In this document: positions 49,445-61,000 of the stretch, piece by piece
Position numbering within the stretch: position 1 is the first letter of the stretch
Layout of the letters: every line of letters begins with the position of its first letter
NCBI GenBank assembly: GCA_030390025.1
Contig: JASTWF010000337.1
Span: 186,001-250,000 of the forward strand
Length of the DNA stretch: 64,000 bases
From: Squalus acanthias
Taxonomy: Eukaryota
Direction: 5' to 3'
The notes under the pieces: model-generated
Database searches by the model: none
What the model saw: the letters and a program-made list of their open reading frames with translations, nothing else
What the model was told of the DNA's origin: nothing
Made by a program: the position numbers and the translations under genes

Positions 49445-52037
49445 ATAGATACATAGATACATAGAAGATAGGAGCAGGAGTAGGCCATCCGGCCCTTCGA
49501 GCCTGCTCCGCCATTTAATGAGATCATGGCTGATCCTCCAATTCAGTATCCCGTCCCCGCCTTCTCTCCGTAACCCTTAACCCCTTTTGCCTGTAGAAAT
49601 ATATCTAATTCCCTCTTAAATATATTTAATGAGCTGGCGTACACTGCCCTCTGTGGCAATGAGTTCCACAGGTTCACCACCCTCTGAGTGAAGAAATTCC
49701 CCCTCATTTCTGTCCTAAATGGTTTAGCCCTTATCCTTAAATTATGTCCTCTAGTTCTGTTCTCACCCGCCAAGGGAAACATTCCTTCTGCATAAAGTCT
49801 GTCTAGACCTGTCAGAATTTTATACACTTCTATGAGGTCCCCTCTCAATCTTCTAAACTCCAGTGTGTACATCCCTAAACTACATCGTCTCTCCTCATAG
49901 GTCAATCCCGCCATTCCTGGTATCAGCCTGGTGAATCGCCGCTGCACCCCCTCCATGGCAAGAACATCTTTCCTCAGATGAGGCGACCAAAACTGTACAC
50001 AGTACTCGAGGTGTGGTCTCACCAGTGCCCTGTACAGCTGCAGCAAGGTATCCCTGTTCCTGTATTCCAACCCTTTTGCTATGAAGGCCAGCATACCGTT
50101 TGCCTTCTTGATCACCTGTTGCACCTGCATGCTCGCCTTCAGTGACTGGTGTACAAGAACACCCAGGTCTCTCTGTACTTCCCCCTCTCCCAATTTATTG
50201 CCATTTAAATAATAATTTGCCCTCCCGTTCCTGCACCCAAGGTGGATAACTTCGCACTTGTCCACATTATAGTGCATCTGCCATTTATCCGCCCAATCAC
50301 CCAGTCTGTCCAAATCGCTCTGGAGCTTCCTGGTCTCCTCCTCTGAGCCCACCCCCCCTCCTAGTTTAGTGTCGTCTGCAAATTTGGAAATGCTGCATCC
50401 GACTCCCTGATCCAGGTCATTAATGTAAATTGTGAACAGCTGGGGACCCAGGACAGATCCCTGTGGTACCCCACTTGTTACTGCCTGCCATTCAGAAAAT
50501 GAGCCGTTTATTCCAACTCTCTGTTTTCTATCTGACAGCCAGTTCTCTATCCACGTCAATACTTTCCCCTTTATCCCATGAGCTTCAATTTTCCCTGCTA
50601 ATCTTTTACGTGGGACCTTATCGAAGGCCTTTTGGAAGTCCAGGTACACCACATCTACTGGTTCTCCCCCATCTATTTTACCAGTTACTCCCTCAAAAAA
50701 TTCCAATAGATTAGTCAAGCACGATTTACCCTTTGTAAATCCATGTTGACTCTGTCCTATCCTGTCCCCATTTGCTAAGTGCTCCGCTATTTCATCCTTA
50801 ATGATGGACTCCAGCATTTTGCCCACAACTGATGTAAGGCTTACAGGTCTGTAATTACCTGCTTTTTCCCTACCCCCCTTTTTGAATAGTGGGGTAACGT
50901 TAGCTACCCTCCAATCCATGGGCACTGTTTCCGAGTCTAATGAATTCTGAAAAATCATACTTAGTGCATCCGCTATCTCTAGGGCCACCTCCTTCAGCAC
51001 CCTAGGATGCATGTTATCAGGCCCTGGGGATTTGTCCGCCTTCAATCCCTTTAGCTTCCTTAACACCATATCCTTAGAGATATTGACTTGCGTCAGTTCC
51101 TCCTTTGCAAATGTCCCTATTTTTCCCGATATCCCAGGGAGGTTTTTTGTGTCTTCCTTCGTAAAGACTGACCCAAAGTATGCATTTAGTTGGTCTGCCA
51201 TTTCTTTATTTCCCGTTATATATTCCCCCGTATCTGACTGCAATGGGCCAACTTTGGTTTTCACCAGTCTTTTCCTCTTGATATACTTATAAAAGCTTTT
51301 GGAGTTAGTTTTTATATTTTCCGCCAGCTTGCTTTCGTAAGCTATTTTGCCCCTCTTGATTAAACCCTTTGTCCTCCTTTGCTCTATCTTAAACTGTTCC
51401 CAATCTTCCGCTCTGGCGCTTTTTTTGGCTATTTTATACGCCCTATCTTTGGATTTTATGCTGTCTCTAATTTCCCCTGTTATCCACGGTTGAGTCACCT
51501 TTTTAGATTTCCTTTTATGCCAGATTGGTATAAACAATTTTTGCAATTTTGTCATTCTATCTTTGAATGCTTGCCATTGTTTATCTACCTCCAGTCCTCC
51601 CAGGAACGTTGTCCAATCAGACCTACTCAGTTCCCGTCTAATGGCATCATAATTCCCCTTGTTTAAATTCAGGACCTTAGTATCTGAGTCAATTTCTTCG
51701 CTCTCCATTTCGAGTGAGAAATCGATCATGTTATGATCGCTCTGACCCAAGGGTCCCCGTACAACAAGATTACTAATTAGTCCCTTCTCATTGCACAGTA
51801 CCCAGTCCAATATAGCCTGTTCCCGAGTTGGTTCCTCGACATATTGATACAGATAACCATCCCTTAAACACTCAAGGAATTCCTCCTCCTCATTATTTTT
51901 ACTGATTAGGCTATTCCAATCTATATGTAAGTTAAAGTCACCTATGATGACAGCTGTGCTCTTATTGCACGCTTCTCTAATTTCCCTCGTGATGCCCTCC
52001 CCAACCTCTATTTTACTATTTGGAGGCCTATATACCA
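49445..52037 (-). mobile_element. 5'-truncated CR1 LINE inserted in the satellite
   Basis: Contains most of ORF2, the 3'UTR and a (CTATGTAT)n tail; flanked by TCTC (49441-49444 / 52038-52041). Confidence 0.98.
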
Positions 52038-52050
52038 TCTCTATCATCAC
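49543..52050 (-). CDS. CR1 ORF2 reading frame, 835 codons: partial APE endonuclease plus complete RT; first codons come from flanking satellite
   Basis: No stops or frameshifts; YRPP, IGDFN, SDHN, SPGPD, NYRPVSLTS, DFQKAFDKV, GVPQGSVLGP, FADD. Lacks the N-terminal EN segment (NARSI...ITE.W) present in the 8860 copy. Expression is not shown. Confidence 0.75.
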   Translation of the reverse strand: MMIEMVYRPPNSKIEVGEGITREIREACNKSTAVIIGDFNLHIDWNSLISKNNEEEEFLECLRDGYLYQYVEEPTREQAILDWVLCNEKGLISNLVVRGPLGQSDHNMIDFSLEMESEEIDSDTKVLNLNKGNYDAIRRELSRSDWTTFLGGLEVDKQWQAFKDRMTKLQKLFIPIWHKRKSKKVTQPWITGEIRDSIKSKDRAYKIAKKSARAEDWEQFKIEQRRTKGLIKRGKIAYESKLAENIKTNSKSFYKYIKRKRLVKTKVGPLQSDTGEYITGNKEMADQLNAYFGSVFTKEDTKNLPGISGKIGTFAKEELTQVNISKDMVLRKLKGLKADKSPGPDNMHPRVLKEVALEIADALSMIFQNSLDSETVPMDWRVANVTPLFKKGGREKAGNYRPVSLTSVVGKMLESIIKDEIAEHLANGDRIGQSQHGFTKGKSCLTNLLEFFEGVTGKIDGGEPVDVVYLDFQKAFDKVPRKRLAGKIEAHGIKGKVLTWIENWLSDRKQRVGINGSFSEWQAVTSGVPQGSVLGPQLFTIYINDLDQGVGCSISKFADDTKLGGGVGSEEETRKLQSDLDRLGDWADKWQMHYNVDKCEVIHLGCRNGRANYYLNGNKLGEGEVQRDLGVLVHQSLKASMQVQQVIKKANGMLAFIAKGLEYRNRDTLLQLYRALVRPHLEYCVQFWSPHLRKDVLAMEGVQRRFTRLIPGMAGLTYEERRCSLGMYTLEFRRLRGDLIEVYKILTGLDRLYAEGMFPLAGENRTRGHNLRIRAKPFRTEMRGNFFTQRVVNLWNSLPQRAVYASSLNIFKRELDIFLQAKGVKGYGEKAGTGY

Positions 52051-55000
52051 TCCCTTGTACTGTGCTCTCTATCAGCACTCACTGTTACTGCGCTCTCTGT
52101 CAGCACTCCATATTACTGTGCTCTCTATCAGCACTCACTTTTACTGCGAATTCTATCAAACTTCTTTTACTGTGCTCTCTATCAGCTTCCCTTTTACTGC
52201 GCTCTCCATCAGCACTCCCTGTTACTGTGCTCTCCATCAGCACTCCCTGTTACTGTGCTCTCTATCAGCACTCACTGTTACTGTGCTCTCTATCAGCACT
52301 CCATATTACTGCGAATTCTATCAGCACTCACTTTCAATGCTATCTGTATCAGCACTCGCTTTTACTGTGCTCTCTATCAGCACTCCCTATTACTGTGCTC
52401 TCTTTCAGCACTCCCATTTACTGTGCTCTCTAGCAGCACTCGCTTTTACTGTGCTCTCTATCAGCGCTCCCTTTTACTGCGATCTCTTTCAGCACTCCCT
52501 CTTAATGTGCTCTCTATCAGCTTCCCTTTTACTGCGCTCTCTATCAGCACTCCCTATTACTGTGCTCTCTATCAGCACTCCCTGTTACTGTGCTCTCTAT
52601 CAGCACTCACAGTTACTGTTCTGTCTGTCAGCACTCACTGTTACTGCGCTCTCTATCAGCACTCCCTCTTACTATGCTCTCTATCAGCACTTCCTGTTAC
52701 TGTGCTCTCTATCAGCACTCGCATTTTACTGTGCTCTCTATCAGCACTCCCTTTTACTGTGCTCTCTATCAGCACTCGCATTTTACTGTGCTCTCTATCA
52801 GCACTCCCTTTTTCTGCACTCTCTATCAGCACCCACTTTTACTGCGATCTCTATCAACACTCCCTTTTGCTGTGCTCTGAATCAGCACTCCCTTTTACTG
52901 TGCTCTCTATCAGCACTCCCTGTTACTCTGCTGTCTATCAGCACTCCATATTACTGTGCTCTCTATCAGCACTCCCTTGTACTGCGATCTCTATCAGCAC
53001 TCCCTTTTACTGCGATCTCTATCAGCACTCCCTTTTACTGTGCTCTCTATCAGCACTCCCTTTTACTGTGCTCTCTAGCAGCACTCAATGTTACTGTGCG
53101 CTCTATCACCAGTCCCTGTTACTGTGCGCTCTATCAGCACTCCATATTACTGTGCTCTCTATCAGCACTCCCTGTTACTGTGCTCTCAGTCTGCACTCCC
53201 TTTTACTGTACTCTCTATCAGCACTCACTTTTACTGCGATCTGTATCAGCACTCGCTTTTACTGTGCTCTCTATCAGCACTCCTTTTTACTGTGCTCTCT
53301 ATTAGCACTCACTTTTACTGCGATCTCTATCAGCACTCCCTGTTTCTGTGCTTTCTATCAGCACTCACTGTTACTGTGCTCTAATTTCAGCACTCCCTTT
53401 TACTGTGCTCTCTTTCAGCACTCCCATTTACTGTGCTCTCTTTCAGCACTCCCTATTACTGTGCTCTCTATCAGCACTCACTTTTACTGCGAATTCAATC
53501 AAACTACTTTTACTGCGATCTCTATCAGCGCTCCCTTTTACTGCGATCTCTTTCAGCACTCCCTCTTAATGTGCTCTCTATCAGCACATCCTCTTACTGA
53601 GCTCTCTATCAGCACTCGCATTTTACTGTGCTCTCTATCAGCACTCACTTTTACTGTGATCTCTATCATCACTCCCTTTTACTGTGCTCTGTTTCAGCAC
53701 TCACTTGTACTGCGAATTCTATTACCACTCACTTTCAATGCTATCTCTATCACCACTCACTGTTACTCTGCTGTCTGTCTGCACTCCAATTTACTGTGCT
53801 CTCTATCAGCACTCCCTTGTACTTCGATCTCTATCAGCACAACCTGTTACTGTGCTCTCTAGCAGCACTCACTGTTACTGCGCTCTCGATCAGCACTCCT
53901 CCCTGTTACTGAGCTCTCAATCTGCACTCACTCTTACTGTGCTGTCTGTCAGCACTCCCTGTTACTGTGCTCTCTATCAGCACTCACTGTTACTGTGCTC
54001 CAATTTCAGCACTCCCTTTTACTGTGCTCTCTTTCAGCACTCCCATTTACTGCGATCTCTATCAGCACTCCCTCTTAATGTGCTCTCTATCAGTGCCCTT
54101 TTACTGCGCTCTCTATCAGCACTTCCTGTTACTGTGCTCTCTATATCAGCACTCACTTGTACTGTGCTCTGTATCAGCACTCACTTTTACTGCGAATTCT
54201 ATCCAACTCCCTTTTACTGCGATCTCTATCAGCACTCCCTCATAATGTGCTCTCTATCAGCTTCCCTTTTACTGCACTCTCTATCAGCACTCCCTGTTAC
54301 CGTGCTCTCTATCAGCACTCACAGTTACTGTTCTGTCTGTCAGCACTCACTGTTACTGCGCTCTCTATCAGCACTCCCTCTTACTATGCTCTCTATCAGC
54401 ACTTCCTATTACTGTGCTCTCTATCAGAACTCGCATTTTACTGTGCTCTCTATCAGCACTCCCTTTTACTGCGCTCTCTATCAGCACTCCCTGTTACTGT
54501 GCTCTCTAGCAGCACTCCCTGTTACTATGCTCTCTATCAGCACTTCCTGTTACTGTGCTCTCTATCAGCACTCGCATTTTACTGTGCTCTCTATCATCAC
54601 TCCATATTACTGTGCTCTCTATCAGCACACCCTTTTACTGTGCTCTCTATCAGCACTCGCATTTTACTGTGCTCTCTATCATCACTCCATATTACTGTGC
54701 TCTCTATCAGCACTCCCTTTTACTGTGCTCTCTATCAGCACTCGCATTTTACTGTGCTCTCTATCATCACTCCATATTACTGTGCTCTCTATCAGCACAC
54801 CCTTTTACTGTGCTCTCTATCAGCACTCGCATTTTACTGTGCTCTCTATCATCACTCCATATTACTGTGCTCTCTATCAGCACACCCTTTTACTGTGCTC
54901 TGTATCAGCACTCACTTTTACTGCGAATTCTATCAAACACCCTTTTACTGAGATCTCTATCAGCACTCCCTGTTACTGTGCTCTCTATCAGCACTCACTG

Positions 55001-58000
55001 TTACTGTGCTGTCTGTCAGCACTCACTGTTACTGCGCTCTCTATCAGCACTCCCTGTTACTGTGCTCTCTATCAGCACTCACTGTTACTGTGCTCTCTAT
55101 CAGCACTCACTTTGACTGTGACCTCTATCAGCACTCACTGTTACTGTGCTCTCTATCAGCACTCACTGTTACTGTGCTCTCTATCAGCACTCCCTCTTAA
55201 TGTGATCTCTATCAGCTTCCCTGTTACTGCGCTCTCGATCAGCACTCCTCCCTGTTACTGAGCTCTCATTCTGCATTCACTCTTACTGTGCTCTCTTTCA
55301 GCACTCCCTGTTGCTGTGCTCTCTATCAGCACTCCCTCTTACTATGCTCTCTATCAGCTCTCTCCAAATTACTGCGATCTATATCAGCACTCCCTTTTAC
55401 TGCGATCTCTATCAGCATTCCCTTTTACTCTGCTCTCGATCAGCACTCCCTGTTACCGTGCTCTCTATTAGCAGTAACATTTACTGTGCTCTCTATCAGC
55501 ACTCCATATTACTGTGCTCTCTATTAGCACTAACATTTACTATGCTCTCTAGCAGCACTCAATGTTACTGCGCACTCTATCAGCACTCCCTGTTACCGTG
55601 CTCTCTATTAGCACTCCATATTACTGTGCTCTCTATCAGCACTCACTGTTACTGTGCTCTAATTTCAGCACTCCCTTTTACTGTGCTCTCTAACAGCACT
55701 CCCTTTTACTGCGATCTCTATCAGCACTCCCTCTTAATGTGCTCTCTATCAGCACTCACTGTTACTGTGCTCCAATTTCAGCACTCCCATTTACTGTGCT
55801 CTCTTTCAGCACTCCCATTTACTGTGCTCTCTATCAGCACTCACTTTTACTGCAAATTCTATCAGCATTCCCTTTTACTGTGCTCTCTATCAGCACTCAC
55901 TTTTACTGCAAATTCTATCAAACTACTTTTACTGCGATCTCTATCAGCACTCCCTTTTACTGTGCTCTCTATCAGCACTCACTTTTACTGCAAATTCTAT
56001 CAAACTACTTTTACTGCGATCTCTATCAGCGCTCCCTTTTACTGCGATCTCTTTCAGCACTCCCTGTTACTGTGCTCTCTATCAGCACTCCCTGTTACTG
56101 TGCTCTCTATCAGCACTCCTTGATACTGTGCTCTCTTTCAGCACTCGCTGTTACTGTGCTCTCTATCAGTACTCCCTGTTACTATGCTCTCTATCAGCAG
56201 TTCCTCTTACTGTGCTCTCTATCAGCACTCGCATTTTACTGTGCTCTCTCTCAGCACTCACTGTTACTGTGCTCTCTATCAGCACTCACTGTTACTCTGC
56301 TGTCTGTCAGCACTCCAATTTACTGTGCTCTCTATCAGCACTTCCTGTTACTGTGCTCTCTATCAGCACTCACTTTTACTGTGCTCTCTATCAGCACTCG
56401 CATTTTACTGTGCTCTCTATCAGCACTCCCTTTTACTGTGCTCTCTATCAGCACTCCCTTTTGCTGTGCTCTGAATCAGCACTCCCTTTTACTGTGCTCT
56501 CTATCAGCACTCCGTGTTACTCTGCTGTCTATCAGCACTCCATATTACTGTGCTCTCTATCAGCACTCCCTTTTACTGCGATCTCTATCAGCACTCCCTT
56601 TTACTGCGCTCTCTATCAGCACTCCATATTACTGCGCTCTCTAGCAGCACACCCTTTTACTGCGCTCTCTATCAGCACTCCATATTACTGTGCTCTCTAG
56701 CAGCACTCAATGATACTGTGCTCTCAATCTGCACTCACTCTTACTGTGCTGTCTTTCAGCACTCCCTGTTACTGTGCTCTCTATCAGCACTCCCTTTTAC
56801 TGTGCTGTCTGTCAGCACTCACTGTTACAGCGTTCTCTATCAGCACTCTCCAAATTACTACGATCTCTATCAGCACTCCCTTTTATTGTGCTCTCTAGCA
56901 GCACTCAATGTTACTGTGCTCTCAGTCTGCACTCCCTTTTACTGTACTTTCTATCAGCACTCACTTTTACTGCGGTCTCTATCAGCGCTCCCTTTTACTG
57001 CGATCTCTTTCAGCACTCCCTGTTACTGTGCTCTCTAGCAGCACTCCCTGTTACTGTGCTCTCTATCAGCACTTCTTGATACTGTGCTCTCTTTCAGCAC
57101 TCTCTGTTACTGTGCTCTCTATCAGTACTCCCTGTTACTATGCTCTCTATCAGCAGTTCCTCTTACTGTGCTCTCTATCAGCACTCGCATTTTACTGTGC
57201 TCTCTATCAGCACTCCCTTTTACTGTGCTCTGTTTCAGCACTCACTTGTACTGCGAATTCTATTACCACTCACTTTCAATGCTATCTGTATCAGCACTCG
57301 CTTTTACTGTGCTCTCTATCAGCACTCACTGTTACTCTGCTGTCTGTCAGCACTCCAATTTACTGTGCTCTCTATCAGCACTCCCTTGTACTTCGATCTC
57401 TATCAGCACAACCTGTTACTGTGCTCTCTAGCAGCACTCACTGTTACTGCGCTCTCGATCAGCACTCCTCCCTGTTACTGAGCTCTCAATCTGCACTCAC
57501 TCTTACTGTGCTGTCTGTCAGCACTCCCTGTTACTGTGCTCTCTATCAGCACTCACTGTTACTGTGCTCTCTTTCAGCACTCCCATTTACTGCGATCTCT
57601 ATCAGCACTCCCATTTACTGCGATCTCTATCAGCACTCCCTCTTAATGTGCTCTCTATCAGTGCCCTTTTACTGCGCTCTCTATCAGCACTCCCTGATAC
57701 TGTGCTCTCTTTCAGCACTCCCTGCTACTGTGCTCTCTTTCAGCACTCCCATTTACTGTGCTCTCTTTCAGCACTCCCATTTACTGTGCTCTCTATCAGC
57801 ACTCACTTTTACTGCAAATTCTATCAAACTACTTTTACTGCGATCTCTATCAGCGCTCCCTTTTACTGCGATCTCTTTCAGCACTCCCTGTTACTGTGCT
57901 CTCTAGCAGCACTCCCTGTTACTGTGCTCTCTATCAGCACTCCTTGATACTGTGCTCTCTTTCAGCACTCGCTGTTACTGTGCTCTCTATCAGTACTCCC

Positions 58001-61000
58001 TGTTACTGTGCTCTCTATCAGCAGTTCCTCTTACTGTGCTCTCTATCAGCACTCGCATTTTACTGTGCTCTCTATCAGCACTCCCTTTTACTGTGCTCTC
58101 TATCAGCACTCGCATTTTACTGTGCTCTCTATCATCACTCCATATTACTGTGCTCTCTATCAGCACACCCTTTTACTGTGCTCTCTATCAGCACTCGCAT
58201 TTTACTGTGCTCTCTATCATCACTCCATATTACTGTGCTCTCTATCAGCACACCCTTTTACTGTGCTCTGTATCAGCACTCACTTTTACTGCGAATTCTA
58301 TCAAACACCCTTTTACTGAGATCTCTATCAGCACTCCCTGTTACTGTGCTCTCTATCAGCACTCACTGTTACTGTGCTCTCTATCAGCACTCACTGTTAC
58401 CGTTCTCTCTATCTGCACTCACTGTTACTGCGCTCTCTATCAGCACTCACTTTGACTGTGACCTCTATCAGCACTCACTTTTACTGTGATCTCTATCAGC
58501 ACTCCCTCTTAATGTGATCTCTATCAGCTTCCCTGTTACTGCGCTCTCGATCAGCACTCCTCCCTGTTACTGAGCTCTCATTCTGCATTCACTCTTACTG
58601 TGCTCTCTTTCAGCACTCCCTCTTACTATGCTCTCTATCAGCTCTCTCCAAATTACTGCGATCTATATCAGCACTCCCTTTTACTGCGATCTCTATCAGC
58701 ATTCCCTTTTACTCTGCTCTCGATCAGCACTCCCTGTTACCGTGCTCTCTATTAGCAGTAACATTTACTGTGCTCTCTATCAGCACTCCATATTACTGTG
58801 CTCTCTATTAGCACTAACATTTACTATGCTCTCTAGCAGCACTCAATGTTACTGCGCACTCTATCAGCACTCCCTGTTACCGTGCTCTCTATTAGCACTC
58901 CATATTACTGTGCTCTCTATCAGCACTCACTGTTACTGTGCTCTAATTTCAGCACTCCCTTTTACTGTGCTCTCTAACAGCACTCCCTTTTACTGCGATC
59001 TCTATCAGCACTCCCTCTTAATGTGCTCTCTATCAGCACTCACTGTTACTGTGCTCCAATTTCAGCACTCCCATTTACTGTGCTCTCTATCAGCACTCAC
59101 TTTTACTGCAAATTCTATCAGCATTCCCTTTTACTGTGCTCTCTATCAGCACTCACTTTTACTGCAAATTCTATCAAACTACTTTTACTGCGATCTCTAT
59201 CAGCACTCCCTTTTACTGTGCTCTCTATCAGCACTCACTTTTACTGCAAATTCTATCAAACTACTTTTACTGCGATCTCTATCAGCGCTCCCTTTTACTG
59301 CGATCTCTTTCAGCACTCCCTGTTACTGTGCTCTCTATCAGCACTCCCTGTTACTGTGCTCTCTATCAGCACTCCTTGATACTGTGCTCTCTTTCAGCAC
59401 TCCCTGTTACTGTGCTCTCTATCAGTACTCCCTGTTACTATGCTCTCTATCAGCAGTTCCTCTTACTGTGCTCTCTATCAGCACTCGCATTTTACTGTGC
59501 TCTCTCTCAGCACTCACTGTTACTGTGCTCTCTATCAGCACTCACTGTTACTCTGCTGTCTGTCAGCACTCCAATTTACTGTGCTCTCTATCAGCACTTC
59601 CTGTTACTGTGCTCTCTATCAGCACTCACTTTTACTGTGTTCTCTATCAGCACTCGCATTTTACTGTGCTCTCTATCAGCACTCCCTTTTACTGTGCTCT
59701 CTATCAGCACTCCCTTTTGCTGTGCTCTGAATCAGCACTCCCTTTTACTGTGCTCTCTATCAGCACTCCGTGTTACTCTGCTGTCTGTCAGCACTCCAAT
59801 TTACTGTGCTCTCTATCAGCACTTCCTGTTACTGTGCTCTCTATCAGCACTCACTTTTACTCTGCTCTCTATCAGCACTCCATATTACTGTGCTCTCTAT
59901 CAGCACTCCCTTTTACTGCGATCTCTATCAGCACTCCCTTTTACTGCGCTCTCTATCAGCACTCCATATTACTGTGCTCTCTAGCAGCACACCCTTTTAC
60001 TGCGCTCTCTATCAGCACTCCATATTACTGTGCTCTCTAGCAGCACTCAATGATACTGTGCTCTCAATCTGCACTCACTCTTACTGTGCTGTCTTTCAGC
60101 ACTCCCTGTTACTGTGCTCTCTATCAGCACTCCCTTTTACTGTGCTGTCTGTCAGCACTCACTGTTACAGCGTTCTCTATCAGCACTCTCCAAATTACTA
60201 CGATCTCTATCAGCACTCCCTTTTATTGTGCTCTCTAGCAGCACTCAATGTTACTGTGCTCTCAGTCTGCACTCCCTTTTACTGTACTTTCTATCAGCAC
60301 TCACTTTTACTGCGGTCTCTATCAGCGCTCCCTTTTACTGCGATCTCTTTCAGCACTCCCTGTTACTGTGCTCTCTAGCAGCACTCCCTGTTACTGTGCT
60401 CTCTATCAGCACTTCTTGATACTGTGCTCTCTTTCAGCACTCTCTGTTACTGTGCTCTCTATCAGTACTCCCTGTTACTATGCTCTCTATCAGCAGTTCC
60501 TCTTACTGTGCTCTCTATCAGCACTCGCATTTTACTGTGCTCTCTATCAGCACTCCCTTTTACTGTGCTCTGTTTCAGCACTCACTTGTACTGCGAATTC
60601 TATTACCACTCACTTTCAATGCTATCTGTATCAGCACTCGCTTTTACTGTGCTCTCTATCAGCACTCACTGTTACTCTGCTGTCTGTCTGCACTCCAATT
60701 TACTGTGCTCTCTATCAGCACTCCCTTGTACTTCGATCTCTATCAGCACAACCTGTTACTGTGCTCTCTAGCAGCACTCACTGTTACTGCGCTCTCGATC
60801 AGCACTCCTCCCTGTTACTGAGCTCTCAATCTGCACTCACTCTTACTGTGCTGTCTGTCAGCACTCCCTGTTACTGTGCTCTCTATCAGCACTCACTGTT
60901 ATTGTGCTCTCTTTCAGCACTCCCATTTACTGCGATCTCTATCAGCACTCCCATTTACTGCGATCTCTATCAGCACTCCCTCTTAATGTGCTCTCTATCA

